This document shows positions 1 through 12,534 of a stretch of 64,000 nt of DNA, one piece after another; within the stretch, counting starts at the first letter, position 1, and each line of letters opens with the position of its first letter. The translations under genes and the position numbers were made by a program. The notes beneath the pieces are model-generated. The model was not told the DNA's origin and did not search any database. It saw nothing but the letters and a program-made list of their open reading frames with translations. This stretch comes from Tricharina praecox (taxonomy: Eukaryota), in assembly GCF_024521635.1 (NCBI RefSeq), contig NW_026250435.1, positions 186,001-250,000 on the forward strand, read 5' to 3'.

Positions 1-35
1 TCATTTCGCCTAACATTCCTCCCGAGATTTTACAG

Positions 36-3000
36 ATCTTGTTGAACCTGGCGGAATTCATGGAGCATGACGACAAAGCGCTACCGATTGACATTAGGAC
101 GTTGGGGGTATACGCTGCTAAGTGCCATGCGTACGCCAAGGCTCTCCATTACAAAGAATTGGAATTCTTACAGGAACCGCAGCCCAGCACCATCGAGGCT
201 CTTATTAGTATCAATAACCTCTTGCAGCAATCGGATGCCGCCATCGGTATTCTGCGTCGGGCGCAAGTTTACAGTGATGTACCTTTGCGGGAGTCGTGGT
301 TCGAGAAGTTGCAACGTTGGGAGGAGGCGTTGAAGGCGTACCAAGAGAAGGAAGTGACGGAACAAAACTCGATTGAAATTACGATGGGAAAGATGCGCTG
401 TCTGCACGCCTTGGGAGAATGGGACCACCTATCGTCTCTGGCGCAAGAGAAATGGAGGACCGCCAACCGGGAAGTGCAGCGACATATTGCCCCCTTGGCT
501 GCTGCTGCTGCATGGGGTCTCGGTCAGTGGAGTCTGATGGACGAATACATCGGCGTCATGAAGGAGCACTCGCCTGACCGCAGTTTCTTCGGTGCTATTC
601 TGGCGCTGCACAGAAATCATTTCGAGGAGGCGGCAAAGCACATCGAGAAAGCACGAGAGGGCCTCGACACGGAGCTTAGTGCACTCGTCGGGGAGAGTTA
701 CAACCGTGCCTACAGCGTCATCGTCCGTGTTCAGATGTTGGCCGAGCTCGAGGAGATTATCACGTATAAGCAATGCCACGATCAACCCGAGAAGCAGGAG
801 GTCATGCGGAGGACTTGGACCAAACGTCTGAAGGGATGTCAGCGCAACGTCGAAGTCTGGCAGCGAATGTTGAAGGTCCGGGCTCTAGTCATATCACCGG
901 TGGAGAACATGGACATGTGGATCAAGTTCTCAAATCTGTGCCGGAAATCCGGGAGAATTGGATTGGCCGAGAAATCACTGAATTCACTCCTTCCACTGAA
1001 CCAGACCATCGACAATGTTGGTACCGCTACAGTACCCCCTCAGGTAACGTATGCACGGTTGAAGTTTATGTGGTCTACCGGATCGCAACAAGCCGCCATC
1101 AATCACCTATTGGACTTCACCGAGTCGCTGTCGAATGACCTCCGGATGAACATGGCCCAGCACGGCGGTATCCCACAACCATCTCAGATTCCGCATCACG
1201 TCATCGAGAATACGCGATTGCTGTCACGATGCTACCTCAAGCAAGGTGCGTGGCAAGTTTCGCTACATAAGAATTGGCAGACCGAACCAGCAACTGCCTC
1301 GAAGATTCTCGATTCGTACAAACAGGCGACACAGTATCATAAGGACTGGTACAAAGCGTGGCATGCTTGGGCTTTGGCCAACTTTGAGGTTGTTACGGCA
1401 GCTGCTGGAAGCGAACCAAGCGATGTTCCACTGGCTGTTATCCGGGAACACGTCATTCCGGCTGTTCAGGGATTCTTCAAGTCCATTGCACTATCTTCCG
1501 GAAGCTCTCTGCAGGACACGCTTCGACTTCTAACGTTGTGGTTTACTCATGGTGGAAATGCGGAGGTCAACACGCGAGTCACGGAAGGCTTCAATACCAT
1601 CAGCGTTGACACCTGGCTCGAGGTTATTCCCCAACTTATCGCCAGAATCAACCAACCCGACCCGATTGTCCGCCAAACTATTCACCAACTGTTGTCAGAT
1701 GTCGGACGGGCGCATCCGCAGGCGCTGGTGTACCCACTTACCGTTGCGGCTAAATCTCAGCTGTCGAGGCGCAAGACTTCCGCGATGCAAATAATGGATA
1801 GCATGAAGAGTCATTCGTCGAGACTTGTGGACCAGGCCGAGATTGTCAGTCAGGAGCTGATTCGGGTTGCTGTTTTGTGGCACGAGCTGTGGCATGAGGG
1901 TCTGGAAGAGGCGAGTCGACTGTACTTTGGAGACCACAATCCGGACATGATGTTCAAGACGCTGGAGCCGTTGCATGAGATGTTGGAGAGGGTAAATTCA
2001 CCTTTGTTAACTACCGAAATTGCAAGTCTAACTTGAAACAGGGACCTGAGACGCTGCGAGAAATATCCTTTCACCAAGCATTCGGACGGGACCTCCATGA
2101 CGCGAAGGAGTGGTGTGTCACATACAAACGAACGAAGGAAGTCGGCGATCTCAACCAAGCTTGGGATTTGTACTACCAAGTTTTTAGAAAAATCAGTAGA
2201 CAGTTGCCCCAGCTTACTACTCTGGATCTTCAATACGTTTCTCCAAAACTCTTGGCTATCCACGATTTGGATTTGGCGGTACCCGGAACCTACGCAACCG
2301 GCAAGCCCATTATCCGGATCATGAACTTCGAGCCGACATTCAACGTTATCACATCTAAGCAGCGGCCTCGAAAATTGACCATCAAGGGAAGCGACGGAAC
2401 ATCGTACCAGTACTTGCTCAAGGGACACGAGGATATTCGGCAGGACGAACGTGTCATGCAGCTTTTCGGTTTGGTCAACACCCTTCTCAGCGTCGATTCG
2501 GAGTGTTTCAAGCGACACCTCAACATCCAGCAGTATCCTGTCATTCCGCTTTCACAGAACTCCGGACTGCTGGGATGGGTTCCTGACAGTGATACCCTAC
2601 ACGTGCTCATCAGGGAGTATCGGGAGAGCCGGAAGATCCTTCTGAATATAGAACATCGGATTATGTTGCAGATGGCGCCCGACTACGACAACTTGACATT
2701 AATGCAGAAGGTGGAGGTGTTCGGATATGCGCTCGACAACACCACTGGGCAGGATCTCTACCGAGTACTCTGGCTCAAGAGTAAATCATCCGAGGCGTGG
2801 CTGGACCGACGGACGAATTACACCCGATCTCTAGGTGTGATGAGCATGGTCGGCTACATTCTGGGACTTGGAGATCGCCACCCGAGTAATTTGATGCTCC
2901 ACAGAATCACCGGCAAGGTGATCCATATCGATTTCGGCGATTGTTTCGAAGTTGCCATGCACCGCGAGAAGTACCCGGAGAAGGTACCTTTCCGACTTAC

Positions 3001-3557
3001 CCGCATGCTCACCTACGCAATGGAGGTCTCAAACATCGAGGGAAGCTTCCGCACCACCTGCGAAGCAGTCATGAAGGTACTCAGAGAAAATAAGGAGTCT
3101 CTGATGGCCGTCCTCGAAGCGTTCATGCACGATCCACTTATGCACTGGCGTCTCGGAACGAAAGAGAGTCCCGTGGTCGATATCGCACTCGCCCCGAACG
3201 GCGGCGTCAACATGAACGTCGAGCGGCGCCGCAGTGTTGTCGCCCTTGATCCGGCGGAGTTGGCGAGACTGCGACATCTCGGCAGCGGGGAAGAAGAAGC
3301 GGCGGCGAGGTTGAAGCCGGAATTGCAGAACCAACGCGCTATCCAGGTTCTGGAGAGGGTTAAGGCGAAGTTGACCGGAACGGACTTTAAGCCCGATGAG
3401 GAGTTGGAGGTGCCGAAGCAGGTGGCGAGGTTGATTGATCAGGCAACGAATTTGGAGAATCTCTGTCAGCATTATATCGGTTCGTTCACCCATCTATTCC
3501 TTTCTATTCTGAATTCATGCTAACTTCCGTGTGATAGGATGGTGTTCGTTCTGGTAG
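36..3557 (+). CDS. TOR: TOR serine/threonine kinase (PIKK family), 5'-truncated by the window; FAT, FRB, kinase and FATC domains. Exons 36-1991, 2042-3479, 3538-3557
   Basis: FAT start [34 protein letters not shown]; kinase [44 protein letters not shown]. Spliced C-terminus is LCQHYIGWCSFW*. GT-AG introns 1992-2041 and 3480-3537 have CTAAC branch sites; an upstream intron ends at 35. Confidence 0.98.
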
Positions 3558-4482
3558 AATATTTGCTTTGTGCAGGGTGTGGGAAGGAGGTGGAGGGCAA
3601 GGAATTAAACCGGACGAGGTTTACATCTAGCGGCTTATTATGTGCTTTATACTTTACCATATGTTTTACGCGTCTAGGCTTAAAGAGTTTTATTTGGTTT
3701 TCTGCGGATGCTTCGCTTGTAGTTGTGGTTGGTCGGTTGGTGCGGTGCAGTACTGGTTTGGCGATTGTTCATGCGCTGCGATTGGTGATCTTGGTTCTTG
3801 TTTCTTCGCATCTCTTTTTTTCTTTTCTTTTCTTGTTTGGGCATGATGATTCTTTGTATGATACTCTACTCTACTCACTCTACAAGAGAATGGACAGATG
3901 ACTCGTCACGATTCCGGGTAGATTTATTCATGGTTGTCAATATGGGAGTAACCAGCTGCATTAACTAAATACCTACTTGGGGCCATCGGAGCGAGAAGAA
4001 GAAGCGTGAGAAGAAGAAGGGTTTCTGATACAGACAAGACAAGATGATGATCGTGAGCTCTCCCTCTCCCTCTCCGAGCTCTCGGGTCGGCTTTACCAAG
4101 CCGCCAAGCCGTTATCATCATTACAATCCCCGTGACACGTATATAGCGTATCTGCCCAGGATATTTCGCGACATACGTTCCCTAACACGTATATTTCAGC
4201 TCCCACATCTCGGAACTCGACGCCACATCTATTACTACTAGAAGTTCCAGTCGGTAGGAGTCGTTGAAGGGGAACGAGCGCAAGTGAACCATTACTGACG
4301 TGAAGACAGACACCTCCTGAGGCGGACGATTTCCCTATCCACATACGTATCTACCATTTCAGCGAAGAACTGCTCTATCCACAATTCACGTATCCACAAT
4401 CCTGATTGGATCCTGATCGGAAACTCAGCGGGCGGTTTCCCCTATCGGCAATCATCGGCGGCGACTCAGCGGCCCGGCAGAC

Positions 4483-5623
4483 ATGGACGCTCCTTTTTCA
4501 CCCTCTCGGCTTGAACAACGGTTCACTCGGACGTCATCACAACATGCCCCACTGACTACGGAATCGCGAGCTGCCTTACGGGCTTCACAACTACACTCGC
4601 CACTCCTACGCGCATTCTGGAGTGAAACCATGGAGCGTGCGCTAGTCGGTGCAGTGATCCTTGAGGTTCAAATGGGGAAGCGTGCAGAGGGTGGCTTCAA
4701 GAAGGAGACCTTTGAACGCCTGGCCCAAGCAGTCAACCTCAAGAACGACCAGAAGCAAGTTGACACACAACAAGCCAAGAGCAAGTACCATCAAGTAAGC
4801 ATTCCAGTGGCGATAGGGTTCGGCGGATACTGACTGGTTATAGCTGAAAAAGAAGTTCGATATCTTTTCGGAAATGCTCAAATTCAGTGGCTTTGGGTGG
4901 GATGAAGCCCGGGGTATGCCGACAGCGGATGATGATGTCTTCCAGAAGTATATTGAAGCCAACCCGAGAGCAAAGGAGTTCCGTTACAAGCCCTTCAAGT
5001 ATTATAAGGAATTTCGGGATGTCTTCGCCGCCGGTAGGAGTGCAACTGGTGCAGGTGCAGCCCCTCCGTCTCAGCCCACCGTGCTACCCAATGGCTCTGG
5101 TGATGAAGAGCCAATCGACGTTTCTTCTGAGGATGAAACACCGCCATTTGGTACACAACATTCCCTCTCCGCTGTGCAAGGGGCCAATAAACGTAAACGG
5201 TTCCGCCGCCCACAGTCGGCTGGCCAGCCCATCGCAGAAGCATTACTGGAGCTCGGCAAGAGTGCGACAGCTCTCAGCGGTCAGGACACGTGCGACCGTG
5301 CGGTGGAAGTTGCACTCGAGGATTATAAAAACCTCCCGGCACGGAAGAAGATGCGCCTTTTGCGACTCCTTGAGAACAACACAAAAGCCACAATCTTTCT
5401 AGCCATAGGTCCTGGAGAGCTTCGTGATGGCTGGGTGGACTTTAACGATCAGGACAAGAACGAGCTTGTGATGGACATTGTACTTGAGGAGTATAAAAAC
5501 CTCCCGGTACCGAAGCAGCTACGCCTTTTACTTCTCCTTGAGAACGAGGCGAAAATCACACACTTTCTGAGGATCGGTTCTGGAGAGCTTCGTGACCGCT
5601 GGGTGGACTTTCATTGTAGGTGA
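4483..5623 (+). CDS. Myb/SANT-like DNA-binding protein of the PIF/Harbinger ORF1 type. Exons 4483-4794, 4844-5623
   Basis: WSETMERALV..GKRAEGGFKKETF..KSKYHQ|LKKKF..SGFGWDEARGMPTADDDVFQKYIEANPRAKEFRYKPF fits the Myb_DNA-bind_3 pattern (W..E..L, GFK, SGFGWD, P.A..FR.K.F). Intron GTAAGC..TACTGAC..TAG (4795-4843) joins the two ORFs in frame. Confidence 0.85.
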
Positions 5624-6471
5624 GGAGAGTGTGGATTCGGAGTTGAAGGATGTCTAGGGTTTTTTTTCTTCTCTAGCTTTCTAGATAAAATTTGTAATCA
5701 CGCCACATGTCTTTTGCTATTCTAAGTTTACATCGTATGTACAATAGTTCTCACAGACCCTTAAGCCCCGCCGACAATAGTTACCTAGGTACTCCTTTGC
5801 GCTCTCAGCCATACGAAACGAATCCGCCGAAGCTGCAGTGCGGCGGCGGCCAGACAACACCCCGTTGTGGGGTTCGGCGATGTGTTCCTAACTATTGCCG
5901 ACCCATTGTGTCGGTCTGGAAGCAGCACCGAACAGGCTCACGTTTCTGTGGTAACTGCTGGCCAGGGCGGCAGAAGCTCCCCCATAAGAATAAATCGATA
6001 CCAGCCATTCTCGTGATATGAGGAGAGAAAAAGAGACGGGTTTTCTTTAGCTCTCGTCAAGCCCGTTCGACGAGCGAACACGGCGTTTTTCAAAAATGCA
6101 GAGTAAATGATCATCCATTTAGGACCAACCCACGAGTCACGACATCCCATCTTCAATGACCGGCCTCCTTCAGACTCCTTCTATAATACCTGGTATGCAA
6201 AATCCACACCGGCGCTAGCAAGACATCCTCTCTATCTGTGTAGGAAGGATTTGTAAAAAGAAATTGCGCCAAAATTATATGGAAACCCCTTGGGAAGTGG
6301 GAATGCTGGACCGAAAACTAAATGAATGTAATGAGAAAAAACATTGAAAGATGAGGCCAAAATGAAAACATGCTATGAGATCCTAACTAAATACATACGC
6401 TCGCTATGATAAATCAAGAAAAAACAATCACCGGAGGCAACAAATGAAGGCATCACACCGTCCAAAATAGC

Positions 6472-8204
6472 TCACATCAGGAGCCTTACTCCCCCCGCCC
6501 CATTCCCCTTGAGCTTCTCCTCAACATACGCAATAGCCATGCTCAGCCTCTCCGAGCCACCATTGCACGCCCCGCTCTCCAGGTGCATTACCAGCCCACT
6601 CAAAGACTTGAAGTCCCTCATATTCTCTCCTCCCTGCCCCAGCAATGAAAACAGCGACGTAGGGCACTTGTAGATCCTCGGCGCGTGTGCAAGCCCCATG
6701 AGATGGGTTTCCAGAGCTTTCGGCGATGGAAACTTTTTGTGGCAGATGTGGCACACTTGGCCGAGACAGATGGAGAAGTCCAACTCGTTGATGCTCTGGC
6801 CGCCGTATATAGAGCCGGAACGCGGTGTGGAAAAGCCGGAGAGCGGGGGCGTGTATCGGCCCGATAGTGTTCCGGGCGGCGTCCAGATGCCGGAGGAACT
6901 GGACGTTGCTTCTGTTGCCGGTGGCGTGAAGATGCCGGGGAAATCAGATATTGACTGTCCGGAGGCAGTTGCAGACGGGGTGGAAAAGCCTGAGCCGGAA
7001 CGGGGGGTGGAATAGCCGGAGAACTGGGGCGTGGATCGTCCCGAGCGTGTTGCGGACGGCGTCAAGGAGCCGGAGGATTTGGACGTAGACTGTCCGTAGA
7101 TTGTTTCAGACGGCGTCGAGAAGTTGGAGTAATCAAGGGTGAATGGTCCGGAGAGTGTTGCTGACGGCGTCGAGGAGCCAGAGATATTGGACGTGGGTAA
7201 CTCCGAGAGCGATTCCACTAGGATCGGAAGAATGTCGGAACTGAAGCTGTCACGGCGAGAACGACATGTGGCCGGGGTCGCGATGATTAGTTCGTCGTCA
7301 GAATCCACATCCCAGGGCTCAAGAGCAACGTATTCCCTCCGGATTTCTCCACAACTCCCAGTGGGGGTAGAGATGGCGGACTGTCTCATCTGCTGGCTTT
7401 GGGGGGCGCTATATTGGACCTTGAGAACCACGCTACTGGTGTCGTGATGTCGAATTACGTCGTCGATTTTGTACCGATTGGTTTTGGAGGCACAACCGCC
7501 GCTCTCGAGGTGCGATAACATGCTACCCTTATTCAGGAATTTTCGTTGGCACTTTGGAAAAGCTAAGCATACGACTGTATACGTATTCTTCTTATGCAAC
7601 TTAGACTTTTTGTGCACCTCCAATGCTCCGGTTGTTTGGAACAATTGACCACAGGGCTCGCACGAAACAGTAGAGACTCGCTTCCCATGGACAGCGTCGT
7701 TTCTGGGATGGTAATTGAGCGCACACTGTGTAGGGAATTCCTGATCGCAATCGATGCAATAGTAATCGACGTTACTCGGGTGCAATGTTTCGCAGTGGTA
7801 TTCCCATGAAGCCTTGGTGAAGAAGTGCTTTTCTGAGCTTGAGCAATAATATCCTATCAGCTCCGCAAATTCCTTGTGCGGGTCGTCTCTCGTATGCAGT
7901 CGTTTCCATGCCAGAGTGCAGCAGAATACTGGCCCGCAGAGAGCGCAGTCCCGGCTCCTGGGTGGATCCTCCTTGTAGGAAAACCTCCGTCGGGGGTCCT
8001 TTCCGGTCAGGTTTGATGATGCTTAAGTAAGGAGCTTTTAGCACTCACATTGTCGTCATATTGGCTCATTAATGGGTTGCAGCCATCGCAATCACAGACA
8101 TCTTCGTCGAATGAACAGTGATCGGATTTCGACGCGATATGCAGCATCAGCCCTTCCATGGTGACGGCGTGAAGGGAACATAGTTTGCAGGCGAGTTTCC
8201 CCAT
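6472..8204 (-). CDS. C2H2 zinc-finger protein with central Ser/Thr/Pro-rich repeats. Exons 8204-8049, 7998-6472
   Basis: Fingers CEPCGQLFQTTGALEVHKKSKLH and CHICHKKFPSPKALETHLMGLAH, plus two HLESGxC motifs. Intron GTGAGT..CTGAC..AAG (8048-7999) links the MGKLACKLC exon in frame. Confidence 0.85.
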
Positions 8205-9287
8205 TGAACCGATGTCGTGAGTTCGCAATGAAGGATTTAAAGTTCAACTGTAAACGAGGGGTAAGATAGCATCACCCCGCATGCGGCTCCTCGACCCTGT
8301 GAAATGCGTCGCCGGCCAATGCAATCAGGAGGTTACACCCGACTTAGAGTTTAGGCATGGGATGTCACTTGCTCTCGCTGCCGGTTGGCGAAAGTTTGCC
8401 CATCGGAGATGACGTAGAGATAGCATGAGGGGCAGACTTTGACTTTTTTCTTTTTTCTTTTTCCTAGCATTATTTCGTTGGTGCGCTCATATTGTATCTT
8501 CGGGAAAGGCCAGGGCGGAAGGCAAGGAAAGCCACACCGGGCTGTCTGATGAGAGTCGAGTTGGATAGTGGCATGGAAATGGAGCGTGTATATTGCTATA
8601 ATCTACGGTAGATGGGTCGCATGCAATCAAAGATTAAACAAGAAAAATAATCGGATGTGACGTAGTCTAATATTATAGTTAAGTACTTCTGAATTCAAAT
8701 AGGATCGAAAAGACAATTTTTTATCTTAAGAAAGGGGTGATGGATTACTTTCATGGCCGAACATGGTCGGACACAGAAGATGAACCCAAGAACAATTCAC
8801 ATTCCAGATCACTCGGCATAATCTCTACATACTAGTACACCTGCTGTTGGCTGGAGACGCAGGGCGACGTTTGACTGCTTGGTACATAGTTCGTTCGAGT
8901 GAGTCAGACAGCATTATTATCTATCCAAGAGTGGTTTACTGGCTTGTGGACCGAGAAGCCGTGGTGTGGTGGACAATTGTAGAGTACTCTACTTCATATT
9001 TCCTTCCATAAATTGATTAATCCAAGGATTACTTATTCCTTAGCGACTGAGTCACAATCATTAGCGGCCCAGCTCGGATATACTTATTACTTATTAGGCG
9101 AGCTCGCTCACCTTCCAAATCCCGGTTGTCTGGCAGTCTAATCTGGCGCCTGAATTTTCACGGGATGATAGGAGATGTTACTCGATACCGTCGCAAAAGA
9201 ATATGGCAACAGCATCCCACGAAAGCATCCAACCATTTGATTACGTTTACGATTAACCCTCCCAAATATAAGTACAATATGGCCTAT

Positions 9288-10067
9288 CTAGAAAGCAGCA
9301 ATGAGCAGTGCAACGACTCCCACAAGCGCAAGCGAACTCTTCAGCCCGGCAGCACCGTTGGGAGCATTAGTCTCCTGCGGAGCACCAGATGCCGTCGCAT
9401 TCGCTGCGGCGGAGCTGGCAGCGGCAGAAGCGGCAGCGGTACCGGTGCCGGAAGCCGAAGCCGAAGCAGCGGCAGTGCCAGAGGCAGAAACACCGCTCGG
9501 GCTCGCAACCGACGAGGTCTTGGTCGACTTCGCGCCCTCGACCTCGTCCAACTCGACCTCGGCAGTTCCAACTATCACCTCCTTGGTGTTGACCGTAACC
9601 TCACTAGCCCAACCCGTCCCCTTCTCCGCATCGAATCCGACACATCCCCACCCGCCCACCGAGTGCCATCCACAGACCCCCTTCCCGCTGTCCTCATCGA
9701 CAACCTTGACGCTCGCGCCGGCGTTGGTGCACGCAACGAAGATGCTCGTGATGGCGCTGCCGAACGCCTCGTAGAACAGCTGCTCGTCCGAGGTCGTATC
9801 GCCGTCGGACGCCAGGGTCAGGCAGTCTCGGCAGCCCATGCCACCGCTGTACCAGCCGGCGCTGCGGTCGCAGATGCAGTCTGTAGCCTCGTCGAACGAG
9901 AGCGGATCGAGCGTTTGACACTTCTGGACGATGTTGACGACGGCATCGCAGCCGCAGTCGGAGAGGACCGTGGGCGAGAGCGTCTTGGCCGGCTTCGGGG
10001 GGCCCATGTTGGCGACTGCGCTCGCGGTGACCGTGACGGCGAAGAGGAGGAAGGACAGAGGGTTCAT
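9288..10067 (-). CDS. Secreted Cys-rich, probably GPI-anchored cell-surface protein
   Basis: N-terminal signal peptide MNPLSFLLFAVTVTASAVA; Cys-rich domain (CGC..C..CIC..CRDC..C..C..C); Ser/Thr/Ala stalk; C-terminal NGAAG followed by a hydrophobic tail (LALVGVVALLIAAF). Confidence 0.85.
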   Translation of the reverse strand: MNPLSFLLFAVTVTASAVANMGPPKPAKTLSPTVLSDCGCDAVVNIVQKCQTLDPLSFDEATDCICDRSAGWYSGGMGCRDCLTLASDGDTTSDEQLFYEAFGSAITSIFVACTNAGASVKVVDEDSGKGVCGWHSVGGWGCVGFDAEKGTGWASEVTVNTKEVIVGTAEVELDEVEGAKSTKTSSVASPSGVSASGTAAASASASGTGTAAASAAASSAAANATASGAPQETNAPNGAAGLKSSLALVGVVALLIAAF

Positions 10068-11164
10068 GGTGTTGATTATATTGGTTTACTGGAAGGTCGT
10101 ACTTTTTAGGTATGGTAATTATTTCGTGGATGAATGAAGAACGAATGTGGGTTGCTCGAAGCAGGTAGCGAATGAATGAGTGACTTACAACCGACGAAGG
10201 AGTGTGGTTTTGAGAAGAGAAAAGGAAAGGGAACCAGATTTTCGGGATCCTTAAATACCATGATGGACGCCCCCACTTTCCATCTTTGTGAGATGCTAGT
10301 CTCCAGGAGAAAGTGATCGTGAATACGCTTGTTTTCAGGAATCCAAGCGAGTCTGCACAGGGATGTATGGGGCAAGGGGAAGGTAGGCGCTTCTTCATAA
10401 GTGATCACCATCCGAGAAGACACTACATATCCGTCTCAGCCGGTGTAACTAAGGCTTACTCCGAACGCCCGGCTCGGATCTCGAGAAAAGGTCACAGACT
10501 CTACCGTATGGCTTGAGGAGAACTGAGTTATCGCAAACCTATTTGAACACTTGGAGCGTTGGAGTTGAACGCGACGGTCCATGTTTTCCTCCGGGTCCGG
10601 CATCTTAGAAAGTCCAAGAAGATTGAAGTAGAGTGACATCTCATGATGCGGACAATCACATGATGGGTATCTAAGGCTTCTCTGGGACGGAGATGAAGTA
10701 TTTCCCCATCCTGCACCTTTCCTTATTCACAGGCCCACTAGATATCCAGAGTTATTACGTTGTAGTCGGGGAGGGCTCAAGGCTCTCTGCGTCGGCGCTC
10801 TGTCGTTTATTCGAGGGAAGGCTTGATCACGGGATGTCGTCACGAATGACCACATGCACAAAGCGGGACTCATCACGACCAGTCTCACAATCACCTGCGC
10901 AAAAAAAAAATCAGTCACTCTGGGCGTAGAAACGCTTTATTGCCCCAAAAAGTTATTGGAAACGGTCAGAAGCCTCGTTCGATGTAGGTACGTAGGAAGT
11001 TATGACTGGGCAGCCCTATGGCTAGTGCCATCTGCAGCTGGTCCTGTCCGGACAATAAAGACCTTTTGTCCCCCAGAAAGACTCGCGCTCTTTGGCCACG
11101 ACTCTAAACACTTACGCTCGCTATACTATTACACACAAACCCATCGTACGGACCGGTATCGGCC

Positions 11165-12534
11165 ATGCCAGTCTCGTATATCCCCTCGCAATTGGAGGCG
11201 CCAGCTACAGCTGCGTTAACGCTGCGGGCCTCACCATTCAAACTCCTACTCGACGATGCCAAGCTCGTTTTGTCGTTGGTTCGCTGGATTCCGGGAATCT
11301 TCCTTCCTCTCCGCTCTAAAAACCGGTAACTTTGGCTGTATTCCTCCTTCTCTACCTCTTCCCGCGCTGATATGATCTCTCCGACAGCTATGCCGAATCC
11401 TCCCCCACCCGCGCAAATCTCCAAGACATCTCCCTCCACATCTCCCTCTTCTTCCTCACCATCTCCGCCTTGAGTCTGGGGGCTAGAATCCTTCTTGCCT
11501 TTCCGGGATGGGTGACGATCCTCTATGCCCTCGTCTGTTGGCTGGCTTTGATGGCACTCTGCCGCCCCCTCAACTACGGCCCACGGGTCCTCCACAGCGC
11601 CGTCGACCTCACCGCCTATCCCACACACCCACGGGAGCGCTGGATCTTCGTCAACGGCATATGCGCGGGCACCCGATGGCTACAGGAGAACCTGGACATG
11701 ATCAGCACTATCTTCCGACGGCCTGTCACGGGGGTGCATAACCGCACATATGGACTCATATTCGATCTTTTTGAGTGTCTGGTACAGAGGGATTTTTCGT
11801 ATATGACCGATGATATTCGCATCGCGTATAATACTCTCAAGGAGACGCTGCTGGACGAGGACGTGGATAAGGTAGTTCTCGTGACGCACTCGCAAGGCGG
11901 GATCATTGTGGCCGCGGCGGTGGATGCCCTGTGCGCTGATCTCCCGCCGGCTGCGTTTGACAAGTTGGAGATTTACACGTTCGGGTGGGTTCACCCCCCT
12001 CCTTAGATGTAGATACTTGAGGTACATACTTAAAGTGAATGGGTACTAACGAGACACAGCTGCGCGGCAAACCACTTCAACAACCCACCGCGATGTATCC
12101 AATGCCACAACGGCTCCTGCAACCCTCTCCCGGGGCTCCCGCGACACCCGCCCAGCAACAAGCGGCAAATCTCGGTAATAGAGCACTACGCCAACTCCAA
12201 CGAATTCGTTGCGCGTCTAGGAGTCCTCCGGTTCGTCAAGGGCCAGGGCGAGAACGAGTTTGTGGGCAAGGTCTTTACGCGCCTGGGCGAGAGCGGCCAT
12301 CTCTTCTGTCAACATTATCTCGATCCTATGTTTGGCGACCATGCGACATTTTTGGATGAGGAGGTCGTCGTGGAGGAGGGCGTGGTGGTGGGAAGGGCGG
12401 CTGATGCCCAGGGCGTGGAGGGAGTAAGGGATGGGGAGCGGCAGAGTGAACGAGCGAGGGGAACTACTGTCAGGGACTTGAGTAAGCTATGGTGGTATAA
12501 GGATGGCAGGGTGCCGCCGCCGGCAGTGGTGTAG
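11165..12534 (+). CDS. Fungal alpha/beta-hydrolase-like protein (HSQGG elbow) with N-terminal hydrophobic segments. Exons 11165-11325, 11388-11984, 12060-12534
   Basis: ERWIFVNGI, GVHNRTYGLIFDLFECLVQRDF, VVLVTHSQGGII, LEIYTFG|CAANHFNNP, IEHYANSNEFVARLGVL, GHLFCQHYLD. Introns 11326-11387 and 11985-12059 restore a single frame. Confidence 0.8.

Noticed and set aside
1850..3493. Minus-strand ORFs of 100-220 aa inside TOR (similar ones lie inside the dehydrogenase, SLT11, TFB2 and THOC1)
   Set aside because: Antisense shadows of well-supported genes.
9126..10109. 327-aa plus-strand ORF
   Set aside because: Antisense shadow of the GC-rich GPI-protein gene; Arg-rich with no domain.
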